Source: Perna viridis
Lineage: Eukaryota
Direction of reading: 5' to 3'
Length of the DNA: 64,000 bases
Assembly: GCA_037379345.1 (NCBI GenBank)
Contig: CM074516.1
Coordinates: 45,731,626 to 45,795,625, forward strand
In this document: positions 46,664-59,761 of the stretch, one piece after another
Numbering within the stretch: the stretch's first letter is position 1
Layout: each line of letters opens with the position of its first letter
Notes under the pieces: model-generated
Databases searched by the model: none
The model's input: only the letters and a program-made list of their open reading frames with translations
Told to the model about the DNA's origin: nothing
Program-made: the position numbers and the translations under genes

Positions 46664-49589
46664 ATACAGCTTTAGCTAAAACATACATATATAGCAGAAG
46701 CTGTAACCCATAATAAATCCTTAAACTCAACAGAGCTGATGTTTAACTTGTACAGTGATGTCTCCTACATGACATACTTATATCCATTTCTCCTTGAGGA
46801 GAATTTGGCCATAAAGAGAATTGGGCCAGATTACCAAGGCATGATTTATGCTAATAAAAGTTCAGTTAGACAGGTTTTACTATCACTGTGAAATTATTTG
46901 TAATTTATGCAAATTCTGTGTAATTTTGATACATGAACATAAGTAGAGCAAGGGATTAAAAGATGCATTGATTTCATCCTTTGTATTTCATTTTACAGGA
47001 GATTTAACTTGTAAATTATATGTACAAGTATGGGAAAGCTAGGTTTACTAACAATGTCAATTGCTGTAAGTGTTTTTGGGTACTCATGTTTATATCTGTT
47101 ATTGAAGATTGTTTGCTATGATACCTTTGTCTATCTTGTCTTGTTGAGAAATGACTGGCCAGGACAGCTTGACCTAGGAAAGCCCTACCCTGCATTGAGA
47201 TAATCGTTTTGGTACAAGAATTAATTTTACCATATACTTGATTCATCAGAGAATGAAGGTCATTCAGAGGTCATTTCTTTCAGTATGCCATCCATCCTAC
47301 AGGATAGAGAAAGTTCAAACTGTTGTTATGGTTTGTGAAAAAGTCACATTCAAAAGCAGCCTAATGTGTCCTGTTTAATTCTACCCATTTATAAAAGCAT
47401 GTTAACTGATGGGGTAGTACTCACATTGGTATGGATTAATTACTCTGTATGTTGCTGATTCACTTCATGCTGGCATGTTATAATATAAACATCAAATGCT
47501 TTGAGAAGTAATTATCAAATTAAGATGTACCATTCCTCATAAAAGTAATTTAAAGCGTAGTGTGTCATTGACATTTATATTTAACTCTGATAAATAAAGT
47601 TAATTTGGAAAATTATTAATTAATGTGACACTGGTCCACAGAGTGAGAAAAAAACATCAGAGCACAAATTCATTTTCGAAGTAAATCTGATTTCTTTTGG
47701 AATCTTAGTCTATTCCAAATAGACCTGACAGTCATTAGCTAGGTGATTTCCCTAGTGACTTATCCTTATTCAAATAAAGTATTTTTGTATTCTGCCATAG
47801 TAATGTTTCTGTCTGATTGGTAATAAATCCAAGTTAAGCCATTAGCAGTATTTTGTGAGCTACAAATTATTTTATTTTGACTCAATCTTTAGCCAATTTT
47901 AACAGGTATTATCAGTATATGTGTGTATTGGCTATTTAGTTTGTGATGGTGACAAAAGTCAATTAAACTATGGAAATAAGGATAATATTGGAATTTTCTG
48001 GCCTGTTTGGTCTATATAATTTTGAATTATATTATTCTTAATTGTCAAGTCAGCAATTTGGCCTAGTTCTCAGACTGTTAACAATATCTATTGTAGTGGA
48101 TGATATAATAAAAATGTGAATTAAGTTTTATTAATACCTATGTATAGGTTCAGTGTAGGGTAGTTTTTGTTTTTCTTGTCCTATATATTGCTTGGTGCTA
48201 TACTAATTTTAATTCAATAGTTGTTTATACTACACATAATTTCTTCTTAAGTTGAGAAGAATTTAGTATTTATATATGTATGGTAGTGGGTAATTGAAGT
48301 AGGTTATTTTTGAGAGTTTCTATACTGAAATGTATGTTTAATGCTTCTTTAGATATGTAATGTTTTCATCTTATTCCATTTTGCCATGTCATTTGTTAGT
48401 GACAATAGTTGTCTGTTTTAGTTAGATAAATCCATTAGTTGTTATGGATGATATCTACAGTCGGTTGCAACTTCATAACATAATTTTTGTAAAAACAGCT
48501 AACTTGAATTTTTCTTATAATTTCCATGATTTTTATACTTCCACTTAACTAGTTTTGGTATATTGGAATCCCCATTTTAGTCCATTCCTCGTTCTGTCCA
48601 TCCAAATTTCAACACAATTATATCAACTCCCACAAGAAAGATTGATTTCAAATTTGGTATGTGCCTTTACATGAAATTGGGGTATAATTTGTGATTTTGG
48701 CTGCTGTCTGATATTAATTTCCTGATTGTTTTGGACTTTGTCCTTTTTTCATTACAATGGAATAATTTTCATCACATAAATCATTGCTTCCACTGGACAA
48801 TTTGGTACTAGTATGTGGCCTCATATAGGTTGGGCATATGTTGTAAATAGTTTTGTCTTCTTTCTGATATTAACTTCCTGTTTGATAGAAAGCTCCCCTT
48901 TTACACCTTGTGGAACCATTACCTATCACAACAATGTGTACAACTTCATATTTTACTTTTTTAAAACAAATTACTGTCATCCAATGATGCCAGTAGAGTT
49001 ATAGATTAGAGATATGCTGTATGAGCACTTTATCATTGATATATGTTTTAATCATGCCTTTCATTCATTAACTGCTATGTATATTATTCATATTATACAT
49101 GTCACTATTATCTGTTGCACACTTGACAAATTATTATAAGGCAAAAATATGTTAGCTACATAAATTTGAAACTTTGAATCTCAGAATATTAGTCTGATCT
49201 TTCGATTGAAGATTCCAATACTCATAGCATTGGTTATTACTGTACATGTAGCAGGTAATTAATATACATGTATTCAGTAGTCTTACTTTTATATCTTAAT
49301 GAACAAGGAGTGACTGAAGGGGTTAGAGCATTAATAAAATCTGAAATGACTACTGGCTGTTGTGGCAAGCGGCAGGGGTTGCAGGGATCAGTTTTGGCAG
49401 AAGGTTTTCATTAGTTTCATAAATGGAATATGAGGCTTTTCTTTCTCACAAAGCCCCCTCTATTGACACTTTCAATAAGCTTTTGGATGAGCTCAAAATT
49501 GATCAGATCAGGCACAATATTATGGAAGTTTTCTATTCTTAGAATGTTCATGTATGTTAATTTTTAATGCACAATTTCATGTCATTAGA

Positions 49590-51131
49590 TGATTACATAC
49601 CATAACCAGAGAGGGAGTGAGTATATACCCTATCCAGAGAGGGTGATTACATACCCTATCCAGAGAGGACATGATTACATACCCTATCCAGAGAAAAAAT
49701 GATTACATACCCTATCCAGAGAGGAAGTGATTACATACCCTATCCAGAGAGAGTGAGTACATAACCTATCCAGAGAGGGATTTAGTACATAACCTATCCA
49801 GAAAGAGTGATTACATACCCTATCCAGAGAGGAAGTGATTACATACCCTATCCAGAGAAAGAGTGATTACATACCCTATCCAGAGAGGAAGTGATTACAT
49901 ACCCTATCCAGAGAAAGAGTGATTACATACCCTATCCAGAGAGGAAGTGATTACATACCCTATCCAGAGTGGGAGTGAGTACATATATCCAGAGAAGGAG
50001 TGAGTACAAAACCTATCCAGAGTGGGAGTGTGAACATACCCTATCGATAGAAGGAGTGAGTGCATAACCTATCCAGAGAGGTAGTGAGTACTTAACCTAT
50101 GCAGAAAAAGAGTGATTACATACCCTATCCAGGGAGGAAGTGATTACATACCCTATCCAGAGAAAGAGTGATTACATACCCTATCCAGAGTGGGGGTGAG
50201 TACATACTCTATCCAGAGTGGGGTGAGTACATACTCTATCCAGAGAAGGAGTGAGTACATAACCTATCCATAGTGGGAGTGGGTACATACCCTATCCAGA
50301 GGAGGAGTGAGTACATAACCTATCCAGAGTAGCAGTGAGTACATACCATATCCAGAGAAGGAGTGGTACATACCCAATCCAGAGAGGGAGTGAGTACATA
50401 ACCTATCCAGAGAAAGAGTGATTACATACCCTAACCAGAGAGGGAGTGAATACATATTCAATCCAGAGAAAGAGTGATTACATACCATATCCAGAGAAGG
50501 AGTGGTACATACCCAATCCAGAGAGGGAGTGAGTACATAACCTATCCAGAGAAAGAGTGATTACATACCCTAACCAGAGAGGGAGTGAATACATATTCAA
50601 TCCAGAGAAAGAGTGATTACATACCCTATCCAGAGTGGGAGTGAGTACATACCCTATCCAGAGAAGTAGTGATTAAATACCCTATCCAGAGTGGGAGTGA
50701 GTACATAACCTATCCAGAGAAAGAGTGATTACATATCCTAACCAGAGAGGGAGTGAGTACATACCCTATCCAGAGAAGTAGTGAGTACATACCCTATTCA
50801 GAGAAGGAGTGATTACATACCCTAACCAGAGAGGGAGTGAGTAAATATCCAATCCAGAGAAAGAGTGATTAAATACCCTATCCAGAGTGGGAGTGAGTAC
50901 ATAACCTATCCAGAGAAAGAGTGATTACATATCCTAACCAGAGAGGGAGTGAGTACATACCCTATCCAGAGACTGGAAAGAGTGATTACATACCCTAACC
51001 AGAGAGGGAGTGAGTACATATCCAATCCAGAGACTGGAAAGAGTGATTACATACCCTAACCAGAGAGGGAGTGAGTACATACCCATCCTGAGAGGCCGTA
51101 ATCACATACCCTGTCCAGAGAGGGAGTGAGT
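49590..51131 (+). repeat. 28-bp minisatellite (GTGATTACATACCCTATCCAGAGA(G/A)GA), ~55 copies
   Basis: Period 28 (49807, 49835, 49863...). Confidence 0.97.
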
Positions 51132-52237
51132 GAGGGAAAAGGAGGAGATTTATCTGGCCTATGAATTGCAGATTTTTAAAATTGTTAATTTTGTCTAAAT
51201 TTTAAACATTAAAAACTCCCTGAAAAGGAATATATTTAAATACATTAATTTGCTATTTAGTATTGTATTATTAAAACAAGTGAAACATGATTCCTATTTT
51301 TTGTTGACTAATTTCTCCTATTGTAAATCTCTGGATCCACCAATTCTGATTATGTGGTGGTTACACACAATTTATTTCATGAACAGGGAATGATTCAGGA
51401 GTGTATGTATTGTTAGAAGCTTTTAGAACAGTAGTAAATAAACTCCCGTCAATTAAGGTATTTAAATTACGTAGTGCAATTCAATATTTGTATCCTTATT
51501 TTAATTTCTTAGTGTCAACTGTCATGAAGTCTGTTAAAACACCTTAAAAGACAATTAGGCTTTAAAGCCCATAACTATGACAGAAATTTGTAGTCAATAT
51601 TTATAAAATATGTACAGTATTATGACAATAGCATAAATATAATGTAGAATGTAGCTCTGAGCTGAACAATGACGTAAATGTCTTGGTCAAAGTTCAACAT
51701 GTTTCTGTCATGTTGATGATGCCATGGGTTCTCTCTGTTTTATATATCTGATGTATAAGTGAAGTATGAAATACCTTTGTAAGCTATCAGTATTGACAAT
51801 GTCAATGAAAAACAGAGGTTAAATACAGATACCTCCACATTCCAAGACCCATAAGTCCTGAAAAGAAAATGCAATATACATCTTAATTAGTTGGAAACTG
51901 TATGACCCACAATATCGTGTTAAAGTTTGAAAATATTTTATTTACGTATCATCCATAAACCATAATTGATCAGATGAACAGACATGATGATCACCATATA
52001 ACCCGAGCTTATTTAGTGGGGGAGGGCATATAAACTGGATCTTTCAAGACATCAAAAGCTGCAAAAATTCCCTTAACAGAGTGAATAATTGGGATAAAAT
52101 ATAATAAAACTTAATACTGTTACCATAAGTTATATCTTAAATTCCATTTCTACTGTTGACAGTTCCACATTTCTACTGTTGGGAGATGATGGGATTTAAA
52201 TGCAATTACTTGAGCAAAAATAAAATATTATTGTATT

Positions 52238-53311
52238 ATTAGCTCACCTGACCAAACATCTTCTCTGAAACTTCTCAATAGATTGTAACCAAACTTTGCA
52301 TGCACATTTCTGAGGGTACTTTTAAAAATTCTTGGGTGTGGATTTTTAATCTGGCAAAAAAAAGGCCACCATTACTAAAAATAGATGATAGAGGTCAAAT
52401 TGTAGAATTATGCAAATAGCTCAAAAACAGTTTGGTTTTGTTAAAATCTAGTAGGGTGTAAAATTGTTCAGCATGATGGGATGGACCTATGGCAAAATTT
52501 TCAGAAAGATCTGTTGTCGAATGAATGAGTTATGGGTCCTGAAAATCTTCTCTGAAACTACTGGATGGATTAAAACAAAACTTTGCATGAATATTATGTA
52601 GAATATGTTTAGCAATCTATGCTTGTGGATTTTTTATCTTGTGGAAAACATGGCCACTGTTTCTAAAAATAGACCATAGGGGTCAAATTGAAGAATCATG
52701 CAAATAACTCAAAAACAGTTTGGTTTAGCTAAAATCTGGCAGGGATTAAAATTGTTCAGCATGATAGGATTACCTACATGTAAATGTATGTGAATGCTGA
52801 AATTTTCAGAAAGATCTGTTGACAAATGAATGAGTAATTGGTCCTGAAATGAATTTAAAAAAATAAAATCTCCTCTTAGACAACTCGTAGGATGGATTGT
52901 AACCAAACATTGCATGAATGTTTGTTAGGATATCCTTAACATTTTTTTATGTGTCGAAAACATAGCCATCACTGATAAAATTGATGACTAGTTGTCATAA
53001 CTTGAATACCAAAGGGTTCAGCCTAATTTTCTAGGGGGTGGGGGGATTGATCAGTGTGGTGAATTCGACCTTTGCTAAAATTTTCGTAAAGATCTGTTAC
53101 TTAATGTTGGAGTTATTGCCCTTGAAGAGAAAAAAATGACAATTAGAGATTTATTTTATAATATGAAAACTGGTTGGATAACTAAGATGCTTTGTATTGA
53201 TTAAATGATTGTTGTGACAATAGTACGGTAAGGTCAACAGTCCAGCTTTAGAAAGCTATAAAGACAATTTTTGAACATTTGAGCGATTCAGGCTCTCTAG
53301 AGCCTCTAGTT
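52238..53311 (+). mobile_element. Helentron/HINE-like element with internal ~300-bp degenerate repeats
   Basis: TTAGCTCACCTG 5' end, TGAGCGATTC subterminal IR, 3' hairpin AGGCTCTCTAGAGCCT then CTAGTT. Confidence 0.75.
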
Positions 53312-53622
53312 ACATCTATACCATTCCTTAAAAGCTTAACCAAATGACACATTGCTCTACGTCAAGTCTGGAATTTTTTTCCACTCTTTTAATTTGTTGA
53401 ATCTACTATTCTGTTACTGCTTTCATACTTTCCCCGATACAACTTTTCAACTGAAAAATCTTGTTACATTTTGCTTTTATAGCATTTGCAAAAAGTTCAA
53501 TTTCTAACTAAAGCAAAACAATGTCTTTTTCCATTCAATTTTTATTCAAAGACAAATATTTAAGTATCATGATTTGTCAAGATAAAACTTTCATTTTTTA
53601 TCAGCAAAATGCATTGCCTACA

Positions 53623-53774
53623 AAAAGTTACGAAGGAACTTCAACATGATTTGTAAAGTTACGAAGGAACTTCAACATGATTTGTATTTACTTGATTGTT
53701 ATATTGTCTAAATTTTTCTATTTATCCTCCATTTCCTCTATCCTCCATTTCCTCTATCCTCCATTTCCTCTATC
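53623..53774 (+). repeat. Short tandem duplications: AAAGTTACGAAGGAACTTCAACATGATTTGT x2 and TATCCTCCATTTCCTC x3
   Basis: Exact adjacent copies. Confidence 0.85.
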
Positions 53775-55802
53775 ATTACATTGAATATTTTTATACTGAT
53801 TTTTAGGAAATTTACAATATACTAAAGTTTTATATAAAACTGATGGCTATATGAACAATAACCCCAGTTGGCAATAATCTCTTTTTTCCAAAAACAATCT
53901 TTATGAATATATCTCTTTATCAAGCATCAGATATTTGGCCAAGAATCAGAAAAAAACAATGGAAGAGAAAGATCATTGTTCTGTAACAAGAAAGTTAAGG
54001 AATAATTAAGCTCAAATTAGTATTTTATACCTCCCCTGTTATAATGACTTGCATGAGGTGTAGTTGGAGCCAGCTTGTGTCCATTAATGACTTATATAAC
54101 CATTACTGACATCCAGGCATGGAAGAAGAGAGATTATTTGTCAATGTTTATTATGATCACCATGTGGTTGTAACCTCTACATGTAAAGGTTATAACAGAC
54201 ATAACATGTGTCACACCATTCTCTATTTGTTTTTCTTTTCTTAGGTAGTGGAAGTTCTTTATTTTGGATGGGTTAGCAACTGGGCTCTGGAATTTTAATT
54301 TTGATTGGAGTTTGATTTGGTTAGAGTTGGCAAGTAAGTTATTCTGGCCTGTTGATTTTATTGGTGATAATAGATATGTAAATTACAGGGTAGATTGAAT
54401 TGATAATCTTAAGTAAGTTTTGTTAATAAACTTTTTCTAATTAAGTGCAAAAAAAAATACAGAAAAAAGTTCCATATTCCTTGGAAAAAATAAAATGGTT
54501 TTCATGATATGAAATTGCAGGTAGTAAAAACTATCTTGGGTATGTTCTTCTATTTGTGAAAATGATTTTTGTTTTCAATTCAGACTCATTCTCATTGTTT
54601 CACTTTGCTTGCCAAACAATACACAACTCTTTTTTGATACAGAATACTGCTGATTTTCATATTGTTGAGAGTATTTTATGAAACTGATTTTTTACTTTTT
54701 TTAAATGAATAAAACTTATCTAAATAATGAAAAAGAATTCATAGCAAAAATTTTAATAAATGTGATTTCAGTCCTGTGACATTCATATACAATAATATCT
54801 CAATTTTCTGCACTTGATTAAACTGTCTTATGTGACAGACTATGTAGCTTTTGAATTTCCCCATTCAGTTGTATTTTATTGCATAAACTCATTAATAATA
54901 TAGAAAGAAACTTAACGGATGAGAAAAAAGATGATTATTTTATATAGCAAGATAACGATTTGTCAAAAGGTGGTTCTGTAGATTAAAAGAATGTTTAAGG
55001 TTTCTGACCTAAGGACTCCTGGTAGTGCTCTGTGTTTAATGATTAAAATATTAATTAAAGAATTGCATCACAGATGTATGCATGAACTAGTTATTTCTCT
55101 GTCTGTTTGAGCATAAAGACAATTTATGCATACATCTTTTTGCACTAAAGTGAAATAAATGACCTGGAAGGGTATTAGTATGTTATTAGAACCCTAGGGA
55201 TTACCAATAAAGGTCCAATATGGCTGATTTGGCAGGCTTTTTGTTGATTCCCTGTTTGTCAACCTTAGCAGAGAACAGTTTGTATCGATCTTTTTCCAGA
55301 TATTTTAAGTATGTAACATATCCCTCTATAGATCCACATGTGTTGGAATGTTCCCAGGTATGAAAAAAAATGTTTAATATTTATTTATATATAAAGATTT
55401 TTGTTCTGTTTGACAAAAGCCTGCTCAAGTGTAAACAGAGTTGCATTGGAAAAAAAGAAACTAGAATTTGGTCCATGTTATTAAATAAGACAGCTGGTTA
55501 TTGATGACAAATACATGTAGGTAATTTTGCATTATAATTCGTGTTTAAAATTTAAACATTTTACTTAAAAGTCAAGACTGAAGATATCATACATGTAATA
55601 ATAATCAGCTGTACAAATTTTTCTTTTGTCATCCAGATTATTTGTATAGATTTACTATTAATACTCTGAAATCTTTATAGTTGTTGAGTATGTGGATAGA
55701 GTATTTATCTGTGAGTGCACAGCATATACTTGTATTAGATGCATTAGAAAACACATGGAAAAACTATAGAGTAATGTTTTGTTGAATTGAACATTGGCCC
55801 AT

Positions 55803-56020
55803 CAGGGTATGGCATTAACATTTTATAAACATTGTCCTATAGGGCAAGTTGATGAAAATTCTACATGCCCAATTGAAATCTATGTTGTGCTTTAGTAAAT
55901 GAATGTTGAAAAAAGAATAAAATTTTGTTGTTCTTCAGGCAAGTATAATTTAACCTTAAGCTGTCCTAATGGTAGCTTCACTTGTCTAGGGCAATAAGGC
56001 AATCTTCAATGTCATACCCT
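55803..56020. mobile_element. ~220-bp MITE with CAGGGTATG(G/A)CATT TIRs
   Basis: CAGGGTATGGCATT ... AATGTCATACCCT; internal GGCAAGT motifs. Confidence 0.6.
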
Positions 56021-58874
56021 CCACAGTCAAAGTATTGTCACAAGATTTTCACATGAATTTCATATTAACAAAGTTTGAATATATTTTTCATTATTATATA
56101 GGTAGGGTTGATTTATTGTCTTGGTGTAATTTATTCCATAGATGTTTTTTTCTGATGTGACTGATAGTTTCGAATATTGACATCCCAAAGTAAAGATAAA
56201 ATATTATGTAAAACCAATAAATAAAACAAATTAATTTTTATTAGCAATTTCCAAAGTATCATCTCTGGTGCTGATTGTAAGTTTATTGTGTTTGTTGAAT
56301 TTAGCCACTCCACAGATTGTAGTCTTCCACGGTGAGTTAAAACCATGGTATAAGGCATGGATGGATTCAAAAAATCTTCAAAAAGGGGTACCATGCTATT
56401 ATTTTCTAAATTTTTTTGTTTGTTTTACTTTTCAACATTTTTGTGGTAGTTGTGGACATATGGCTACTGGAAGCAGTCTTGTTTAACCCAATTTTTGTAC
56501 AAAATTTTCCAAAAATGAGGGGATAGTGTCGCTGTCCTCAGATCCCAGGATCTGTAAGGGTTGTTCCATCTGTTATTAGATTGACAAGTCATTCTGACGT
56601 TAGCATGTCAAGATAGTCCACTTGAATGTTTGTATGTACTCTTATCTGATATGTGAAGATTTGGCTTTATCTGAATTAGGTTAATTTCTGTTCGTATATA
56701 TACCGTCAGCAGTTGGAACTATTTGGAAACTTGCTACAATGGAAGTAATCAGGTTTTGGTTAATGACAAATTATAAGGTATTTTTAAAATTGTTTTTGTC
56801 TTTAAATGGTTTAATGGGACGATTAGATTGAATTATTAATTATGTGTTCAGGGTTGAAATGTGATCTACATGACGTCTATATATTGTTACTATTCTATGC
56901 TTACTAGTCTAACAGAGTACAATGAATTTAGATTATTTTTAGAATGACATGTATGCTACTTATTGTTAGAACCATACATTATAGTACAAGTAGGATGAAT
57001 GACTTCCTGCTACATGTATAGCAGTTTGTAGAAATTGTCAAGGGTTGTCTGGATAGTATTCTCAAAAATGGTATGTGGACATCTTATTTCATACTTGTTT
57101 TAAATGTACATATATTTCTGTACATTGGATAACATTTTAATGTTTAAGTATTACGTGAAAACATGGTTCCACATTGGCCTTTGGTTGCTAAAGCTAGCTT
57201 AAGTATGATCATAATCTTTGCTGTAAGCTGCAAGGTTTGTCTGTTACATAATCTTTGTACTGAATGAGTACTTATCTGCTTATATAAAAGGCCTGAAGTA
57301 AAGTCAGAAACCATTATCCCATAGGTTTTAGCATTGTTAATCTTTAAGTCAGCTACCAACATTGATTTCTACTTGTTAGCAGTCTTATGAAGTGCTGGAG
57401 ATATAATTCTTTGACTTCCCAGTGACAATAAAACATTGCTCATTTGTCTGCTCATGTATTGGGGTTAAGACAAAAGGTGGGAGAAATGGTCGTTGCAGAT
57501 CCTGATCATATAAATGTTTAATATACAATCTGTTGCTTTGGGATGTTTGTAACAATATAAATTGACTAGTTTTGTGATTGTGGAGTGTCTGATGAGGTGT
57601 TTAGTTGCTATTGTAATGGTACTATGGTAATATATTGACCTACAGGACATCATTTCTGTCTGTGTTTCTTGTTGGATGTCGTTCTTTGGTAAGATATTTT
57701 TTTCTTTGATCTTTAGTCTTGGTGTTTGACTTCATGGGAAAAAAATAGAATATTAAATGGATTCAATCATAACTTTGAATAACTGTAAGTTATTGACTTA
57801 CAAATCAAAATATAACAATTGGTCATTGTTGAACTAATGGCTTTTTAAAGAATTGACTTGTCATGTCCTTTGAATGGGTTTGGATTGTCATGTTTTTTTT
57901 TTTTTTGAGATGGTAATATTGATCATTATATTTATTGTATATTCTTCAGTAAAGTATGTGTTTCCTTTCAATGATTGATTTATAATTAGGACAAAAGAAG
58001 TCTAAAGGCATTCAATTATATGTTAAATATATTGAAGTACTTGTTCCAATTCTTATTATGCATGTTACTGCTAATAACATTAGCATTTGTAAGTTATGTT
58101 TGAAGTCTTCCTTAAAATAGTTTATATCAAAACATGACCTACTAATCTTAATTCATTTGAAATACTTTGAAGATGTTCTTTAGCCTTTGATATTTTACAA
58201 TTCTTGTAATTCTTTATGATGGTAAAGCCATTTCCATGCAGTTTAAGTATTTACCTGTTATACTGGGTAGTACATATGATAATAGCATTACTTTTTGAAA
58301 GCTAACCTGCAAAAATCATGAAGAAAGTGGTATTTTAGTCACATGGACTGAACTATGTTTATTGTTGTTCTGTCAGTAGTCAGCTTCTAAAGATATTCTG
58401 TCAAGGTAGAAGCATCAAACTGAATGCTAAGATTACATTTTTTTTTCTGTTTTGGGTGAAGGGAATTTTCAACCTGTTATACATATACCAGTACTGCTAC
58501 TATTATCTATATGATAAGGAAAGTAAAAGATTTGTATCAATACACTATTTGAATAACCATTTAAGTGTAAATAGGTTAGCCATTTTATGATGACCTTTTA
58601 CGACCTTTATTATCCTTACTACTCAGGACAAAACCTATAATTATGATACTTGCTACTTGTATGTCCATACTGTAGAGATGTTTCAATGTCTAATTACTAC
58701 CTTAGCTATAGAATACCTGCTAATTTCCTGTAAATCTGCGGAAATACTACTGAGATAATTATCTCCCTTACCTGATATGAAGGTTACTGACCAGTGGAGG
58801 TCTGATCAACTGTTCTGATAACTTCTGCAGTGTTTAATGATGTTAATATTCTGTCTTTACTGATTGGGCAAGGG

Positions 58875-59761
58875 GTTACAAGGTTACTCACTAGTGAGGA
58901 GTTTCAAGGTAACTCACTAGTGAACAGTTACAAGGTTACTCACTAGTGAATAGTTACATTGTTACTCCCTTGTGAGGAGCTTCAAGGTAACTGGCTAGTG
59001 AACAGTCACAAGGTTACTCACTAGTGAGGAGTTTCAAGGTAACTTGCTAGTGAGGAGTTTCATGGTTACTCGCTAGTGAAAAGTTACAAGGTTACTCCCT
59101 TGTGAAAAGTTTCAAGGTAACTCACTAGTGAACAGTTACAAGTTTACTCACTAGTGAATAGTTACATTGTTACTCCCTTGTGAGGAGCTTCAAGGTAACT
59201 GGCTAGTGAACAGTTACAAGGTTACTCACTAGTGAGGAGTTTCAAGGTAACTTGCTAGTGAGGAGTTTCATGGTTACTCGCTAGTGAAAAGTTACAAGGT
59301 TACTCCCTTGTGAAAAGTTTCGAGGTAACTCACTAGTGAGGAGTTTCAAGGTTACTCGCTAATGAACAGTTACAAGGTTACTCCCTTGTGAGGAGTTTCA
59401 AGGTAAATCATTAGTGAACAGTTTCAGGATTACTCGGTAGTGAACAATTACAAGTTTACTCCCTTGTGAGGAGTTTCAAGGTAACTTGCTAGTGAACAAT
59501 TACAAGGTTACTCGCTAATGAACAGTTACAAGGTTACTCCCTTGTTAGGAGTTTCAAGGTAAATCACTAGTGAACAATTACAAGGTTACTCGCTAGGGAA
59601 CAATTACAAGTTTACTCCCTTGTGAGGAGTTTCAAGGTAACTGGTTAGTGAACAGTTTCAAGGTTACTCGCTAGTGAACAGTTACAAGGTTACTCCTTTG
59701 TGAGGAGTTTCAAGGTAACTCACTAGAAAACAGTTACAAGGTTACTCACTAGTGAGGAGTT
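58875..59761 (+). repeat. 26-bp minisatellite (GTT(A/T)CAAGGT(T/A)ACTCACTAGTGA(GG/AC)A), ~34 copies, palindromic core
   Basis: Tandem array; many units contain TCACTAGTGA. Confidence 0.97.
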
